Below, piece by piece: positions 10,774 to 21,662 of a DNA stretch of 64,000 bases. Origin of the DNA: an uncultured Methanoregulaceae archaeon (GTDB lineage: Archaea > Halobacteriota > Methanomicrobia > Methanomicrobiales > Methanospirillaceae); contig OY969564.1 in the NCBI GenBank assembly GCA_963701095.1, forward strand, positions 2,561,687-2,625,686, written 5' to 3'. The position numbers were made by a program, and so were the translations under genes. Below the pieces are notes generated by a model that had not been told where the DNA came from, made no database searches, and was given only the letters and a program-made list of their open reading frames with translations. Each line of letters opens with the position of its first letter. The first letter of the stretch is position 1.

Positions 10774-12917
10774 ATGAAGTTTGCCCCCCCAAGAATTAAA
10801 TTCACCATAAGGGTGAAGATTCTTATTCTCTTTCTTGTTTTGTCACTTGCAGCTCTCGCTGTAACCGGATATTTTGCATTTTCTTCGATCAACAATGTGG
10901 GAGACTATGCAAAGAATAGTAGCGAGGTTTTGGGTGAAGGGGTGGCCAACAACAGTTCTGTTACACTGCTTTTTCTCGGTGAATCATATCTCGTCCGCAC
11001 CACTGCTGATCAGGCAAATTTAACAGACGCATTATTTCAGGATACCGACAGTGAAATAGAGATCCTGGCAGCGCAGACTGCCGAACTCCAGCGTAATCCT
11101 CCGGTGCAATCTTCTCTGCCAACGTATCCAGAAAGTAATCCTCCGGCTAATTCAAGTTCCGGAGCGGTACTTTTTTTTGCCCCGGGAGCGACAGCCACTC
11201 CGGGCTCTGAAGAGGCACGTACCCTTACCGGGCTCGCCGATAATCTCAAGGCTGTATATAATGCCGACACGGAAATGACTGGTGTCTACATAGCGACCGA
11301 TTCCGGGATGCTCCTATTCTATCCGGGAGTAGGTAATTTCCCTACAGGGTTCGATCCTCGCACCCGGGAATGGTTTTTTAAGGCCAAAGGCAGGTCAGGT
11401 CCGGTCTGGTCCGAAAAGCCATATTTCGACGCGGCGTTCAGTAGCAATCTGATTATGACCTGTTCAGAGGCAGTTTCAAGCCCCGATTACGGAACCTGGG
11501 TCATTGGCTCCGATGTATCAACAAAAACGATCGATGAAGATTATATCGGCCAGACACTTGGCAACGACGGTTATGCTGTCCTCCTCAACGAAAAGGGGGA
11601 TGTGATCAGTAGTCCTGAACAGTCGCCCGGCGAAAAAAAATGGGACGATCAGTTTATCCCGGTAAATGCATTCTCGATCAATAACTCGGTATCAGTGACG
11701 TCGCTGAAAACATGACCTCTGGGTTGTCAGGTACAGCCAAGGTCTCGTATAACGGAACTGAAATATATGTCGCGTATGCACCGGTCAGGTCAATGAACTG
11801 GAGTCTTGCGCTCTCCCTCCCGGCAAGCCAGATACTGGGGCCCGTCGAGATATTTACCGATACGATTAATACCTCAACTCAGGGAACAGAGAATGACATC
11901 GATACCCAGACGAAATTGTTCGGAACCGTTTTCTCCATTCTTTTTGTCGTGATTCTGCTTGTTGTGTTTTTGGTTTCTGTTGTTCTCAGCCGGGTGATAA
12001 CCCGGCCCGTTTCCACGCTCAAAAAAGGAACCGCAGCTCTGAGTAAAGGCGATCTGGATTTCCGGGTTTCCATTCACTCGGGCGACGAATTCGAGGATCT
12101 TGCCCATTCATTTAACCAGATGGCATCAGCGCTTAAAGATAACATCGAAAATCTCAGGAAAACAACTGCGGAAAAGGAGCGGTATGCAAAAGAACTGGAA
12201 ATTGCCCGAAGCATCCAGACCAGCTTCCTTCCTGAAAATATGCCGGAAATTGCTGGTTATGATATTTCTGCAGTGATGATCCCGGCGATGGAAGTCGGCG
12301 GGGATTTCTATGATTTTATTCCGGCAGGAGAAGGGAAATGGGCGTTTATCGTGGCTGATGTATCAGGGAAAGGTGTAAGTGCTGCACTTTTCATGGCAAT
12401 GTCCCGTACGCTATTACGAGCGAGTCTTGAAGGTACTACGAATCTGTCAGGTGCTCTCAGCGCTGCAAATCGCATGATCGCACAGAATGCGCCATCCGGC
12501 ATGTTCGTTACGGTGTTTTCAGCACTTCTTGATCCGGTGAATAGGACTCTGACCAGCATAAATGCCGGCCATAACCCCCCTATTGTAGTTCGTAGTGGTG
12601 GCGGGGAGCCGGTATTTCTCAAAGAAGATGGCATCGCGATGGGTGTTCTTACTGAAATGAGGAGTACCCCGGATCAGATAGATCTTGGACCTGGAGACCT
12701 CGTAATCTTGTATACGGACGGCGTAACAGAGGCATTTGATGCCCGGTATACCGCATTCGGCGAAGAAAGGCTGGCAGGAATTGTAAAAAAGTATCAGACC
12801 CTCCCTGCAAGCACAGTGATGGAAAGAATTATTTCGGGGATCAGGGAGTTTACTGGTTCAGCCCCCCAATCAGATGATATTACCCTTGTAGTTATCAGGG
12901 TGCTACCCAAATCCTGA
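10774..12917 (+). CDS. Cache-HAMP-PP2C (SpoIIE/RsbU-type) sensor phosphatase, split by an indel near 11690
   Basis: TM, FDPRTREWF/KPYFD Cache motifs, TM-HAMP, VGGDFYD, ADVSGKG, NAGH, YTDGVTEA, DDIT. Confidence 0.9.
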
Positions 12918-12987
12918 TTCAAGACACTACCGTCTCTGCATTGTGCTGGTAAAAAGACCCCATTACCAAAAAACAAACAGGGAGCCC

Positions 12988-13272
12988 TTATTCTTCTGTA
13001 GGTTGTGGCTCCATTTTCTCTTCGATGGGTGGTGTCGTCCAGACTTTCCAGCAGAACCCGGCTACACATCCGATTACAAAGATGACGAGGAGGATTGCAC
13101 TAACAATATTTTCTGTAAAATCCATACCGACAGGAATTGCCATGCCCATCAGATTGTTAAATGCACCGATGAACATTGCCGCTACAAGAAATAAAATAAA
13201 TCCGACGATAATTCCCAGAAATACTGCTGCAATTAACCGCAAAAGGCTTGGAGTTGTGGTTTTCTCATTCAT
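12988..13272 (-). CDS. Hypothetical two-TM membrane protein
   Basis: Two hydrophobic segments; AT-rich promoter-like sequence upstream. Confidence 0.7.
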   Translation of the reverse strand: MNEKTTTPSLLRLIAAVFLGIIVGFILFLVAAMFIGAFNNLMGMAIPVGMDFTENIVSAILLVIFVIGCVAGFCWKVWTTPPIEEKMEPQPTEE

Positions 13273-13383
13273 AATCTAAGGGTAAATCTGCCCCTATAAA
13301 ACCTTATTGCCCCTTTAAATCGTTGAAAATGCATCCGGAATCTAAAAAGCACCAATAAAGGCTTATGTTTATATCGCGGTATG

Positions 13384-13399
13384 GTAAAATGTCTATTAT
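13384..13399. promoter_or_regulatory. Candidate XRE operator GTAA-N8-TTAY (copy 1)
   Basis: GTAAAATGTCTATTAT just before the DUF2178 ATG; related copies at 14242-14257 and 14513-14528. Confidence 0.5.
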
Positions 13400-13408
13400 A
13401 GGAACGCT

Positions 13409-13870
13409 ATGAAAAAAAACATCTTTTACCTGATTACCGGTGTTGTTGCATTAATACTTGTTGCGATCTTCTGGTATTCTATTGAAAATTTTATTCCTGT
13501 TCTTTTTACAATCGCTTTTGTAATAGGGGTTATTCTTCTCTATCTGGTTTACCGCAAAGTAGAAGATTTTGTCGAGGATGAACGAAGTGCCAGGATCACC
13601 GAGAAGGCTGCGATGAGAACCCTTCAGGTTTTCTGGGTATGTTTCTGCGCTTTTTCAATCCTGGCTGTGATGAACCTGCTTTATTTGCCTCGTTTTTCCC
13701 GCGAATTCTTTTTAGATCGAAGCGCAATGATAGTTCCTCCCATGCTGATGTCACCGAAAATAATAGGATATACTCAGTTATTGCTTCTCTGCCTGATGAT
13801 TTTCCTCTATGTCGGGTTCCGAATCTACTATGCAAGAAAATTCGGGGAATGGGAGACTGATGAAGAATAA
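13409..13870 (+). CDS. DUF2178-type membrane protein
   Basis: TM-TM-EDER..I.EKAA..TL-TM pattern; coupled to an HTH gene. Confidence 0.8.
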   Translation: MKKNIFYLITGVVALILVAIFWYSIENFIPVLFTIAFVIGVILLYLVYRKVEDFVEDERSARITEKAAMRTLQVFWVCFCAFSILAVMNLLYLPRFSREFFLDRSAMIVPPMLMSPKIIGYTQLLLLCLMIFLYVGFRIYYARKFGEWETDEE

Positions 13871-14080
13871 AATAAAGGTTTACCGTGCAATGCAGGATCT
13901 CACACAGGAGGATCTCAGCTGAAAGCTATTGGCGTGACAAGGCAGACAATCCTTGCGATCGAAAAAGGAAAGTACATCCCTTCCCTGGATCTTGCATTCA
14001 GGATTTCACGTTATTTTAAAGTGAATATTGAAGAAGTCTTCTCTTACGATGAGCGAGTCAGAACTATAGATATTGACTAA
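13860..14080 (+). CDS. XRE-family HTH transcriptional regulator with an indel near 13918 (absent from ORF track)
   Basis: Manual translation: MKNKIKVYRAMQDLTQEDL / AIGVTRQTILAIEKGKYIPSLDLAFRISRYFKVNIEEVF. Confidence 0.9.
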
Positions 14081-14309
14081 AATCCGGTTAAAAGCACGGA
14101 ATTTCTGATTTCGACAAATTTCCTTATCTTTGGTTAGCCATCTTTTGAATATATTTTTCTCTCTCGAAGAGGACCCCTGTTTTGATTAGGTGTTGGATCT
14201 TTTCGGGCAGTTATCAAATGAGAAGGTATAAGTTACAAAATGTCTAATATAGGTTACATTATGTTAAGGGATTATCCATCTCCCTGATCAGATCTGGCAG
14301 GTCATCTCA

Positions 14310-14405
14310 ATGAAAGCCCCGGTACTTTATTATGCTGTATTAGCTGCATTCTGTCTTGTAGCATTATCCGTCGGTACATTCGATCATCTGGGTGTTATTA
14401 TCTGA
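14310..14405 (+). CDS. Putative 31-aa hydrophobic peptide
   Basis: MKAPVLYYAVLAAFCLVALSVGTFDHLGVII; AGGT before the ATG, T-tract after the stop, operator-like site upstream. Confidence 0.35.
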   Translation: MKAPVLYYAVLAAFCLVALSVGTFDHLGVII

Positions 14406-14512
14406 TTTTTCTTTCATTTGTAAAATACAATTTTCTCTTTAAGCCAGATATTGTTTCAACTGCCCTAAGAGAAATGTATTTATAACGTTGAGTATAAATT
14501 AATTAACAATAA

Positions 14513-14528
14513 GTAAAACATACATTAC
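14513..14528. promoter_or_regulatory. Candidate XRE operator GTAA-N8-TTAC upstream of the ABC operon
   Basis: GTAAAACATACATTAC downstream of TATA-like TTTATAA/TATAAA elements. Confidence 0.5.
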
Positions 14529-14620
14529 ATTAAGATTCGTTTATGACCTCTCGTAAATGCGCGAATGGTATATTAATGAACTCGTTCACTTAACTTTTGA
14601 TTGTTAAAAATGGAGTAATT

Positions 14621-15988
14621 ATGAAGATTTATACAGCTTTTATTGGCTTACTAATGATTTGCCTGATGGTTGGTGCTGTAAGTGCTGCTGGCGGGGCCAG
14701 CACAAGCACTAGTACCAGTTCTGTCAGTGCATCAACTACAACATTGTCTGCTGAACAGGCATTGTCACAGGTTTTCGTGAGTTCTGTCTCCGTAGACCCG
14801 CAGGAATTGTATCCCGGTGAACAGGGAATCATCACGGTTCAGTTGACAAATACCGGAACCCAGGATGTTCCCTTTGAACATGCAGATATTCTCAATTCCC
14901 AAAACGTCTTCATCCCGGATGAAACTCTCAACCCTTATCAGGTTATGACCTATCTTGGGCCCAGCAATACGATGACTTACACGTTTCAGGTTGTGGCAAA
15001 ACCTCCTGATGGAATATACTACCCGGAGTTTAGTGTATCATCACCTGGGACCAACAGTATCATCTACCCCATTGAGGTTCAGGTATCTTCAACACCGATT
15101 GAAGAAGCGATTTCTCTGAGACCTGATAATTTTGCCCTTAACAGCACAGATATGGTCAATCTTACCATCACGAATCCTCGTGTTGGTGCCATCAGCAATA
15201 TCATTGTAACACCTACCGGTTCAGGTTTCGGGATCAGTCCTCGCCAGTCCTTTGTCGCCTCTATACCCGGTGGCAGTTCAGTTGATGTCCCGTTTGCCAT
15301 TACCCCTTATACAGCAGGATCGACAGTGAATTTCGGTATAGCATACAGCAATGGGCAGATTATCAAGAATCCTCATGAGGATACAGTTTCCTTACCCCTC
15401 AATATAGGTTCAAGCAAAACCGCTGCATCCACGGTTGTAAATGATCTGGCACTCACCGTTGTAAATGGGGCATACCAGTTGACCGGTGACGTGACCAACA
15501 CAGGAATAACCGATGCAAACGGCCTCGTAGTTTCTGTTGGAGCGCCGGCAACACCGGTTGAGCCCTATTCCAGTTATGCGGTCGGCTCCCTGACGTCGAA
15601 TGATTTCTCCAGCTTTACGCTCACCTTTACCAGTTCTGATCTATCAGCAATTCCGATCGAAACCCAATGGAAGGACGATAACGGTAATACACTGAGTTCT
15701 GTGCAGACGTTTGATCTCCGCTCCCTTGCCTCCGGATTAGCGACTGGCACGAGAAGCGGTAGTTCTATTGGATCCGGTTCAGGTACGACAGGAACTACTG
15801 GTGCAAGTGCAGCTGCAGGAGGATATGGGGGAGCACGTGGTGGTGGCGGCCTGCTGGGCTTCGGTGGCGGCCGGGGCGGCGGCCTGAGCGCGTTCTATCC
15901 GGTGATAATTGGTGGAATTGTCTTTATCGTCGCGGTCATACTCTACGTGAAGAGGAAATGGATCCTCGGAAAAATCAGGAAGCAGTAA
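14621..15988 (+). CDS. Secreted COG1361/S-layer-domain protein with a C-terminal TM anchor (ABC-associated)
   Basis: Signal peptide, repeated Ig-like segments (G.VTNTG..DA, VGSL..NDFSSF.LTF), Gly-rich linker, TM plus basic tail. Confidence 0.8.
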   Translation: MKIYTAFIGLLMICLMVGAVSAAGGASTSTSTSSVSASTTTLSAEQALSQVFVSSVSVDPQELYPGEQGIITVQLTNTGTQDVPFEHADILNSQNVFIPDETLNPYQVMTYLGPSNTMTYTFQVVAKPPDGIYYPEFSVSSPGTNSIIYPIEVQVSSTPIEEAISLRPDNFALNSTDMVNLTITNPRVGAISNIIVTPTGSGFGISPRQSFVASIPGGSSVDVPFAITPYTAGSTVNFGIAYSNGQIIKNPHEDTVSLPLNIGSSKTAASTVVNDLALTVVNGAYQLTGDVTNTGITDANGLVVSVGAPATPVEPYSSYAVGSLTSNDFSSFTLTFTSSDLSAIPIETQWKDDNGNTLSSVQTFDLRSLASGLATGTRSGSSIGSGSGTTGTTGASAAAGGYGGARGGGGLLGFGGGRGGGLSAFYPVIIGGIVFIVAVILYVKRKWILGKIRKQ

Positions 15989-16002
15989 TCTGGTGATCGT
16001 AC

Positions 16003-16680
16003 ATGAGCGATATGCCACTTATCCGGCTTACTGATGTCTCAAAAATTTATCATCTGGAGAGTGGTGACTACACGGCGCTCGACCATGTATCTCTCGATAT
16101 TGCAGAGAACGAATTTGTTGCAATTATGGGACCATCAGGTTCTGGTAAATCGACGATGATGAACCAGCTTGGTATTCTTGATGTGCCGTCAACCGGAGAA
16201 CTCTATATCTCCGGTCAGAATGTGGCAAAAATGTCAAGCCTCGAACGGACCCATATGCGCCGTGATATAATCGGGTATGTGTTCCAGAAATTTTATCTGA
16301 TCCCGCTCCTTTCCGCATACGAAAATGTGGAGTACCCTCTTATCCTTAAATACAAAAAGCGGGACACCTCAGGACGGGCAGCTGAATATCTCAAGGCGGT
16401 TGGCATTGATCCTGAAATGGGAGCCCACCGGCCTAATCAGCTTTCAGGAGGTCAGCAGCAGCGTGTAGCTATTGCACGGGCTCTCGTCAACGATCCAAAA
16501 ATCCTCCTCTGTGATGAACCCACCGGCAATCTCGACAGCAAGACCGGTCTCCAGATTATGGAGATTCTCTGTGATCTGCACCGAAAGGGTAAGACGGTTA
16601 TCATTGTGACGCACGATCCAAATATTGCAGAATACGCACAACGGACAATCCGTCTTGCCGACGGAAAGGTCGTGGCCTGA
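16003..16680 (+). CDS. ABC transporter ATP-binding protein (LolD/MacB type)
   Basis: GPSGSGKST, LSGGQQQRVAIARAL, DEPTGNLDS. Confidence 0.95.
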   Translation: MSDMPLIRLTDVSKIYHLESGDYTALDHVSLDIAENEFVAIMGPSGSGKSTMMNQLGILDVPSTGELYISGQNVAKMSSLERTHMRRDIIGYVFQKFYLIPLLSAYENVEYPLILKYKKRDTSGRAAEYLKAVGIDPEMGAHRPNQLSGGQQQRVAIARALVNDPKILLCDEPTGNLDSKTGLQIMEILCDLHRKGKTVIIVTHDPNIAEYAQRTIRLADGKVVA

Positions 16681-17870
16681 TGAGAGATATCTTCTTCGAT
16701 CTCTCAGTCCGGAGTGTCAGGCTGAATTTCCTGCGCTCGCTTCTTGCTTCTATCGGGATCGTTATCGGCGTCGTTGCTATCTCCTCTATGGGCATGCTCG
16801 GGACAAACATGCAACTATCGGTTAAGGACCAGCTTTCGGCAGATGTCAATACGATTATGCTCTCATCTGACGTTGTGAAAATAAGCACCGGTCTTGGCGC
16901 TGCGCCTACTTCGAGTACCATTGATCAAAGTACACTTAATGATATCAAAGGTTCAGTGGGACAGAATGATGTGATACCGATCCATCATACGAGTGTCCAG
17001 TTCAGTGTTGGTGACCAGAATGGTCGGGGATCGATCTATGGTCTTGACCCTAGTGATGTCCCGAAATTTCTCACTATAGCTCAAGGTTCGAACATCCGGG
17101 GTAGTGATGTTCTGGTCGGCGCAACCATTGCCCAGAACTTCAACCTTGTCGTCGGTAGTACAATACAGATCGGACAGAAATGTGCGACCGTCGTACGCCC
17201 GGTGGTACGAGTAGCCGGTATCCTTCAGGCTCGGGGCATTGCAGCCGATGGCGTTAACGTTGATAATGGAATGATAGTTGACGATACATGGTATACAGAT
17301 CATTTCGGCGGCCTTGACCAGTATGACCAGGTTAACGTCGTCATGGCAGATGTCTCCCAAATTAATGAGACGGAAGCAGCAATCAACGCCAAAGTAAACA
17401 GGAACAGCGACGTTGTGAGGGTATCTGATGCAAGTTCCCGGCTGTCTACTATCTCCAATACGCTTGGCACAATTACCACCTTCATCATGGCGATCGGTGG
17501 TATTTCCCTCGTGGTCGCTGCTGTGAGTATATTTAATGTCATGATGATGTCAGTCAAGGAACGAGTCCAGGAAATCGGTATCCTGCTCTCAATCGGCACT
17601 GAGAAAGGCGAAGTGCGCCGGATGTTCCTCTACGAAGCCCTCATCTTGGGCCTTATTGGTGCGGTGGTGGGCGGAATCATGAGCTTCATTATCGGTTACT
17701 CGGTCGTAAGCGCTATGATCGGTACAACTCAGTACTTCTTCACTATGGACAGCCTGATCTATATCCCATATGGAATGATCATCGGTGTTGTTGTCTGTGT
17801 GGCATCCGGGATGTATCCGGCGTGGGCTGCGTCAAACATGGACCCGATCGATGCCCTCAGAGCCGACTAA
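16680..17870 (+). CDS. ABC transporter permease (FtsX/MacB type)
   Basis: RSLLA.IGIVIGV, SVKER.QEIGI, YPAW.A..MDPIDALR. Confidence 0.95.
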   Translation: MRDIFFDLSVRSVRLNFLRSLLASIGIVIGVVAISSMGMLGTNMQLSVKDQLSADVNTIMLSSDVVKISTGLGAAPTSSTIDQSTLNDIKGSVGQNDVIPIHHTSVQFSVGDQNGRGSIYGLDPSDVPKFLTIAQGSNIRGSDVLVGATIAQNFNLVVGSTIQIGQKCATVVRPVVRVAGILQARGIAADGVNVDNGMIVDDTWYTDHFGGLDQYDQVNVVMADVSQINETEAAINAKVNRNSDVVRVSDASSRLSTISNTLGTITTFIMAIGGISLVVAAVSIFNVMMMSVKERVQEIGILLSIGTEKGEVRRMFLYEALILGLIGAVVGGIMSFIIGYSVVSAMIGTTQYFFTMDSLIYIPYGMIIGVVVCVASGMYPAWAASNMDPIDALRAD

Positions 17871-18018
17871 CATATCTATCTTTTTCTTCATTTCGCTCTC
17901 AATATCGGTTAATATACCGGTATATCCGATCAGGAATCGCATAGGTACCAGGTTACTCTTCAATATCCGGTGATACTTTAATGAATCTGATCGTTCAAGG
18001 ATTTCATGTGAATGATGC

Positions 18019-18885
18019 ATGAAACCTACAAAGAACGTCGGTTTTATCGGCCTTGGACATCTCGGCCATTCAATAGCAGCGCATCTGGTTGAACAGGGTG
18101 TTTCACTCACCGTATGGAATCGGACAGCAGCAAAGGCAGACGATCTTGGCATGCAGGGAGCCAAGTCTCCCGGAGATCTGATAAGTCGTGTCGATGTCGT
18201 TATTCTCAATCTTTTTGACAGCGATGCTGTGGCATCAGTCCTTGCCGGGAAAGACGGGCTTTTCTCTGGATCCTGCAAAGGAAAGATTATCATCGATACT
18301 ACGACAAATCATTTCGCGCGGGTTGTTGAATTTCATTCCCTGGTACGCGAACACGGTGCTACCTATCTTGAATGCCCGGTGCTTGGGAGCGTTGTTCCTG
18401 CATCCCAGGGAAAACTTACAGTTCTCGTGAGCGGGGATGAGCAAGCTTACGCATCGGTTAAACCCCTTCTTGCTCTTATTGGCTCCGCCGTGTTTTACCT
18501 CAGGGAACCTGCTCTTGCAACAAAGATGAAACTGGTCAACAACCTTGTTCTTGGTTCTTTTATGGCAACCTGTGCTGAAGCAGTGGCATTGGGGGAAGCT
18601 GCAGGTATCCGGCGGGATGAGGTGATCGATATCCTGCTTTCCGGGGCCGGCAATTCTATGATTCTTTCAGCAAAAAAAGATAAACTGAAAAACGCTGAGT
18701 TTTCGCCTCATTTTTCCTCAGCACTTATCTACAAGGATCTGCATTATCTCCAGGACCTTTGCCGAACCCTGAATAAACCGCTGTTTATTGGTAGCACGGT
18801 AAAGGAGCTGTATGCCATTACGCGGTCGAAAGGCGTCGACAACCGTGATTTCTCCGCAATATACGAAATTTTTAAAGAATTCTGA
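18019..18885 (+). CDS. NAD(P)-dependent 3-hydroxyisobutyrate/tartronate-semialdehyde reductase family oxidoreductase
   Basis: VGFIGLG, WNRT, PV.GS, KLVNN, KDL. Confidence 0.9.
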   Translation: MKPTKNVGFIGLGHLGHSIAAHLVEQGVSLTVWNRTAAKADDLGMQGAKSPGDLISRVDVVILNLFDSDAVASVLAGKDGLFSGSCKGKIIIDTTTNHFARVVEFHSLVREHGATYLECPVLGSVVPASQGKLTVLVSGDEQAYASVKPLLALIGSAVFYLREPALATKMKLVNNLVLGSFMATCAEAVALGEAAGIRRDEVIDILLSGAGNSMILSAKKDKLKNAEFSPHFSSALIYKDLHYLQDLCRTLNKPLFIGSTVKELYAITRSKGVDNRDFSAIYEIFKEF

Positions 18886-18919
18886 TCAAAAAAACAATAT
18901 TTTCGTTCCTAACGGATGT

Positions 18920-19717
18920 TTAAGAGACTTCCAGATCGAATACCCACCGGCTCACAGCAGGTGCAACATTACCACACCTCCTTCGAATGAGCACCCGATA
19001 ACCTCTTTTTACAAATTCATCCTCCATTATTTCGCTCTGTGCCCGGTTTTTAAACGTGTAGAAATGAATTATACCGCTGCGTCTTACGCGAGGTGCTACC
19101 AGGTCAAGTATTTGGTCCCTGCCATACGGTGTCGGAATAATCGCCCGGTCAAACGGATCTACGGGGAGAATCTCCGGATTGAATGCATCTCCCCGGATAC
19201 CGGCAATTTTACCGATAACCTTGTTTTCCCGAATATTTTCCTCAAGCCAGTAAAATGCATCCGGGTTCTGCTCAATTGCAACTACATATGCACCACGGGC
19301 AGCGGCAGGTATTACAAACGGTCCGACACCAGAGAACGGAACAAGAACTTGTTCCCCCGCCTTGATCTGGCTGGTCACTCTCCTTCGTTCCTGCGCCAAA
19401 CGGGGATTAAAAAAACTCGAATTCAGGTCAAGGGAATACGAAAACCCAAATTCGTGGTGAGTGGTCACCGTACCGTTTCCGACTATAACTGCGTAATGGG
19501 CAGTGCGAAAATTCCCTGTCATATCTGAATTTTTGTTAACTACAGTTCGGATTCCGTGCCGGTGTTCCAGGATGGCATTTGCAATAATGTGATCATATTT
19601 TTTGAGAGAGGGTGGAAGTGCCACTATTGCAATATCACCAATTACATCGAAACGGCCAGAGAAGTCCCTGAGCTCATGGTGTGGGATTAGAGTGGCCAGT
19701 TTATCCAGGATTTTCAT
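18920..19717 (-). CDS. Trm5/Met-10+-like tRNA methyltransferase
   Basis: FDVIGDIA, FFNPRL..ER.R, VPFSGVGPF, E.NP. Confidence 0.85.
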   Translation of the reverse strand: MKILDKLATLIPHHELRDFSGRFDVIGDIAIVALPPSLKKYDHIIANAILEHRHGIRTVVNKNSDMTGNFRTAHYAVIVGNGTVTTHHEFGFSYSLDLNSSFFNPRLAQERRRVTSQIKAGEQVLVPFSGVGPFVIPAAARGAYVVAIEQNPDAFYWLEENIRENKVIGKIAGIRGDAFNPEILPVDPFDRAIIPTPYGRDQILDLVAPRVRRSGIIHFYTFKNRAQSEIMEDEFVKRGYRVLIRRRCGNVAPAVSRWVFDLEVS

Positions 19718-19872
19718 GGATACAGATTCCGGTACGTCTATTTGAGGTTAAAATCTCTTTGCAGCGGATATGTCAGAATCCAAATATATCCGTGAGTATA
19801 ATATCCGGACACAGCCTTTGTATGGAAAACATCAATGAGGATTTCATAGGTTCAATTATATGGTGATTTTGT

Positions 19873-20502
19873 GTGATTATGTCTGGATCTGGTTTTTTCA
19901 AAGGTTATCCCTCACCCCAAAACATCGTCACCCACGATCAGGTCCACTTCCGCGTGCATCCCGTGCCATACCGGCAAATCCATGAAGTACCCGAATATCA
20001 TTTTGATGATATTCTCAGAGAAGATCGCGTCATCGATATCGGGGCAAATGTCGGAGCATTCTGTATAAGGGCAGCCCGTGTAGCCGATCATGTTGTCGCG
20101 GTGGAGCCGATAACTTGCGATATTCTCGAAGAAAATATTGCCCTTAACCTCGAGAAGGTTTTGGTCATCAAAGGAGCACTTGGTACAGGACATCCAGCAG
20201 AAATCGTATGGGATGAATATAAGGTTATAACGGCCACATTAACTCTAAAAGACCTGATCAAAATCGCCGGAGGGTGCGATTTCCTGAAGTGTGATGCAGA
20301 AGGGGCAGAATGGTTGATCCGCCCGCAGGATCTCGCCGGGATAAGAAGAATAGAAATGGAATTACATTTCCCTCCGATCGGCCCGCCTCCAAATCCGGCA
20401 TTGCTGGAATTTATCGCAGATAATTATCTCTTCTCCCTCGACCGCTTACCGGTACATGACACGTTAGGCGTGATGGGTATTTTGCATGCGGTATTGAAAT
20501 AG
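19873..20502 (+). CDS. FkbM-family methyltransferase
   Basis: VIDIGANVGAF, AVEP, DFLKCDAEGAE, MELH. Confidence 0.85.
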   Translation: MIMSGSGFFKGYPSPQNIVTHDQVHFRVHPVPYRQIHEVPEYHFDDILREDRVIDIGANVGAFCIRAARVADHVVAVEPITCDILEENIALNLEKVLVIKGALGTGHPAEIVWDEYKVITATLTLKDLIKIAGGCDFLKCDAEGAEWLIRPQDLAGIRRIEMELHFPPIGPPPNPALLEFIADNYLFSLDRLPVHDTLGVMGILHAVLK

Positions 20503-20532
20503 ATGGTAACGGGCCCATAAGTAAGATAGTCC

Positions 20533-20955
20533 TTATTCTTCGATTTGGATAGTAGTGAGTTTTACCGATTCGACCCCTTTCTGGGACATAAGCCTCTCGG
20601 CCAGAGCCTTAAGTTGTGCACCGTCTCCGTGAACAAGGATCACTTCAAGGCACCGGTTATGCGTTACATGCGAATGAAGGGATGCCTTGATGATCTCATG
20701 GAATTCGTGCTGAACGTCCGTGATAGTTGTAAGAAGGCCTCGCTGGTCGTGATCGTAGACCATCGTGATCACCCCTTCCCGTTCTCCTTTGACATCCGCC
20801 ATCCACCGGTAATAGGTAATATATGTGCGGATGGCATCCCGAATACCTTCAGACCGGGAGGAATATCCCCGGGCATTGATAATTTCATCGAACCGGTCGA
20901 GTAGATTTTTGGGGAGAGATATCCCGATACGGGAAAGATCATTATCAAGGGTCAT
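20533..20955 (-). CDS. nikR: Nickel-responsive regulator NikR
   Basis: RIGISLP RHH domain, GYSSRSE.IRDA, YDH, H..H..HSH...CLEV Ni site. Confidence 0.95.
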   Translation of the reverse strand: MTLDNDLSRIGISLPKNLLDRFDEIINARGYSSRSEGIRDAIRTYITYYRWMADVKGEREGVITMVYDHDQRGLLTTITDVQHEFHEIIKASLHSHVTHNRCLEVILVHGDGAQLKALAERLMSQKGVESVKLTTIQIEE

Positions 20956-21662
20956 AAGATCAGGTATGTGAATATCATAGCTGCTTGTTTTTTAAGGTTT
21001 TGAAAAACGGGGAAATCCGGTAGTACTTCGTAAGATAAATTATAGAGAACTCCCGCATGTTTTTCGTTTTATGACATCATAATGAAAAAACAGGGCTAGA
21101 TTCGCGGATTAATTTTTAAAATTGCCTATCTCTAACAGTAGATTTTGACACCGGGCCTTAAGAGACGGTTGTATGTTTCTGCTCGAAATATAGATGGGCC
21201 GGTGTCACGAATTATTTTATCTGCTGTTTCCGAACAAAGCTCGTGTATTTTCTTGTTCCTATGTCTGTGTGCATGTGTGCCCTTTGGGTGCGTGCTTTTT
21301 CCAAAGAGACAGTTTCTCTATTGGTCAGTCTCTATTATAATATTTTCCTTTTAACTTTAAAAATGAGTTAAGTACAAACAGCTGTCTAAATTCAGCAATG
21401 AATCATTATAGTGGGCGATTTTCTCTTTTTCTCATAAATCTATAAAAAAATGGGAGAGAGATTAAGTAGATTATTGTATACAAAATGAAAAATTTATGTA
21501 CTATTTTCGCTACCATTTTTTGTAACAATCAAACGGAATCGCAAATACCAAAGCTATTTAACTACTAGGTATCACATTATGTCATAATCGTAGCAACATA
21601 TTTCCCGGATTCATCCCGATCTTAGGAAGAACAGAATCTGGGATTACAGGAATGAAAATTCT

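Noticed and set aside
21146..21207. Inverted repeat TGACACCGG..CCGGTGTCA between nikR and nikQ as an inversion site or MITE
   Set aside because: Single 9-bp stem with no partner at the other putative breakpoint (32.0-32.4 kb) and no second copy seen
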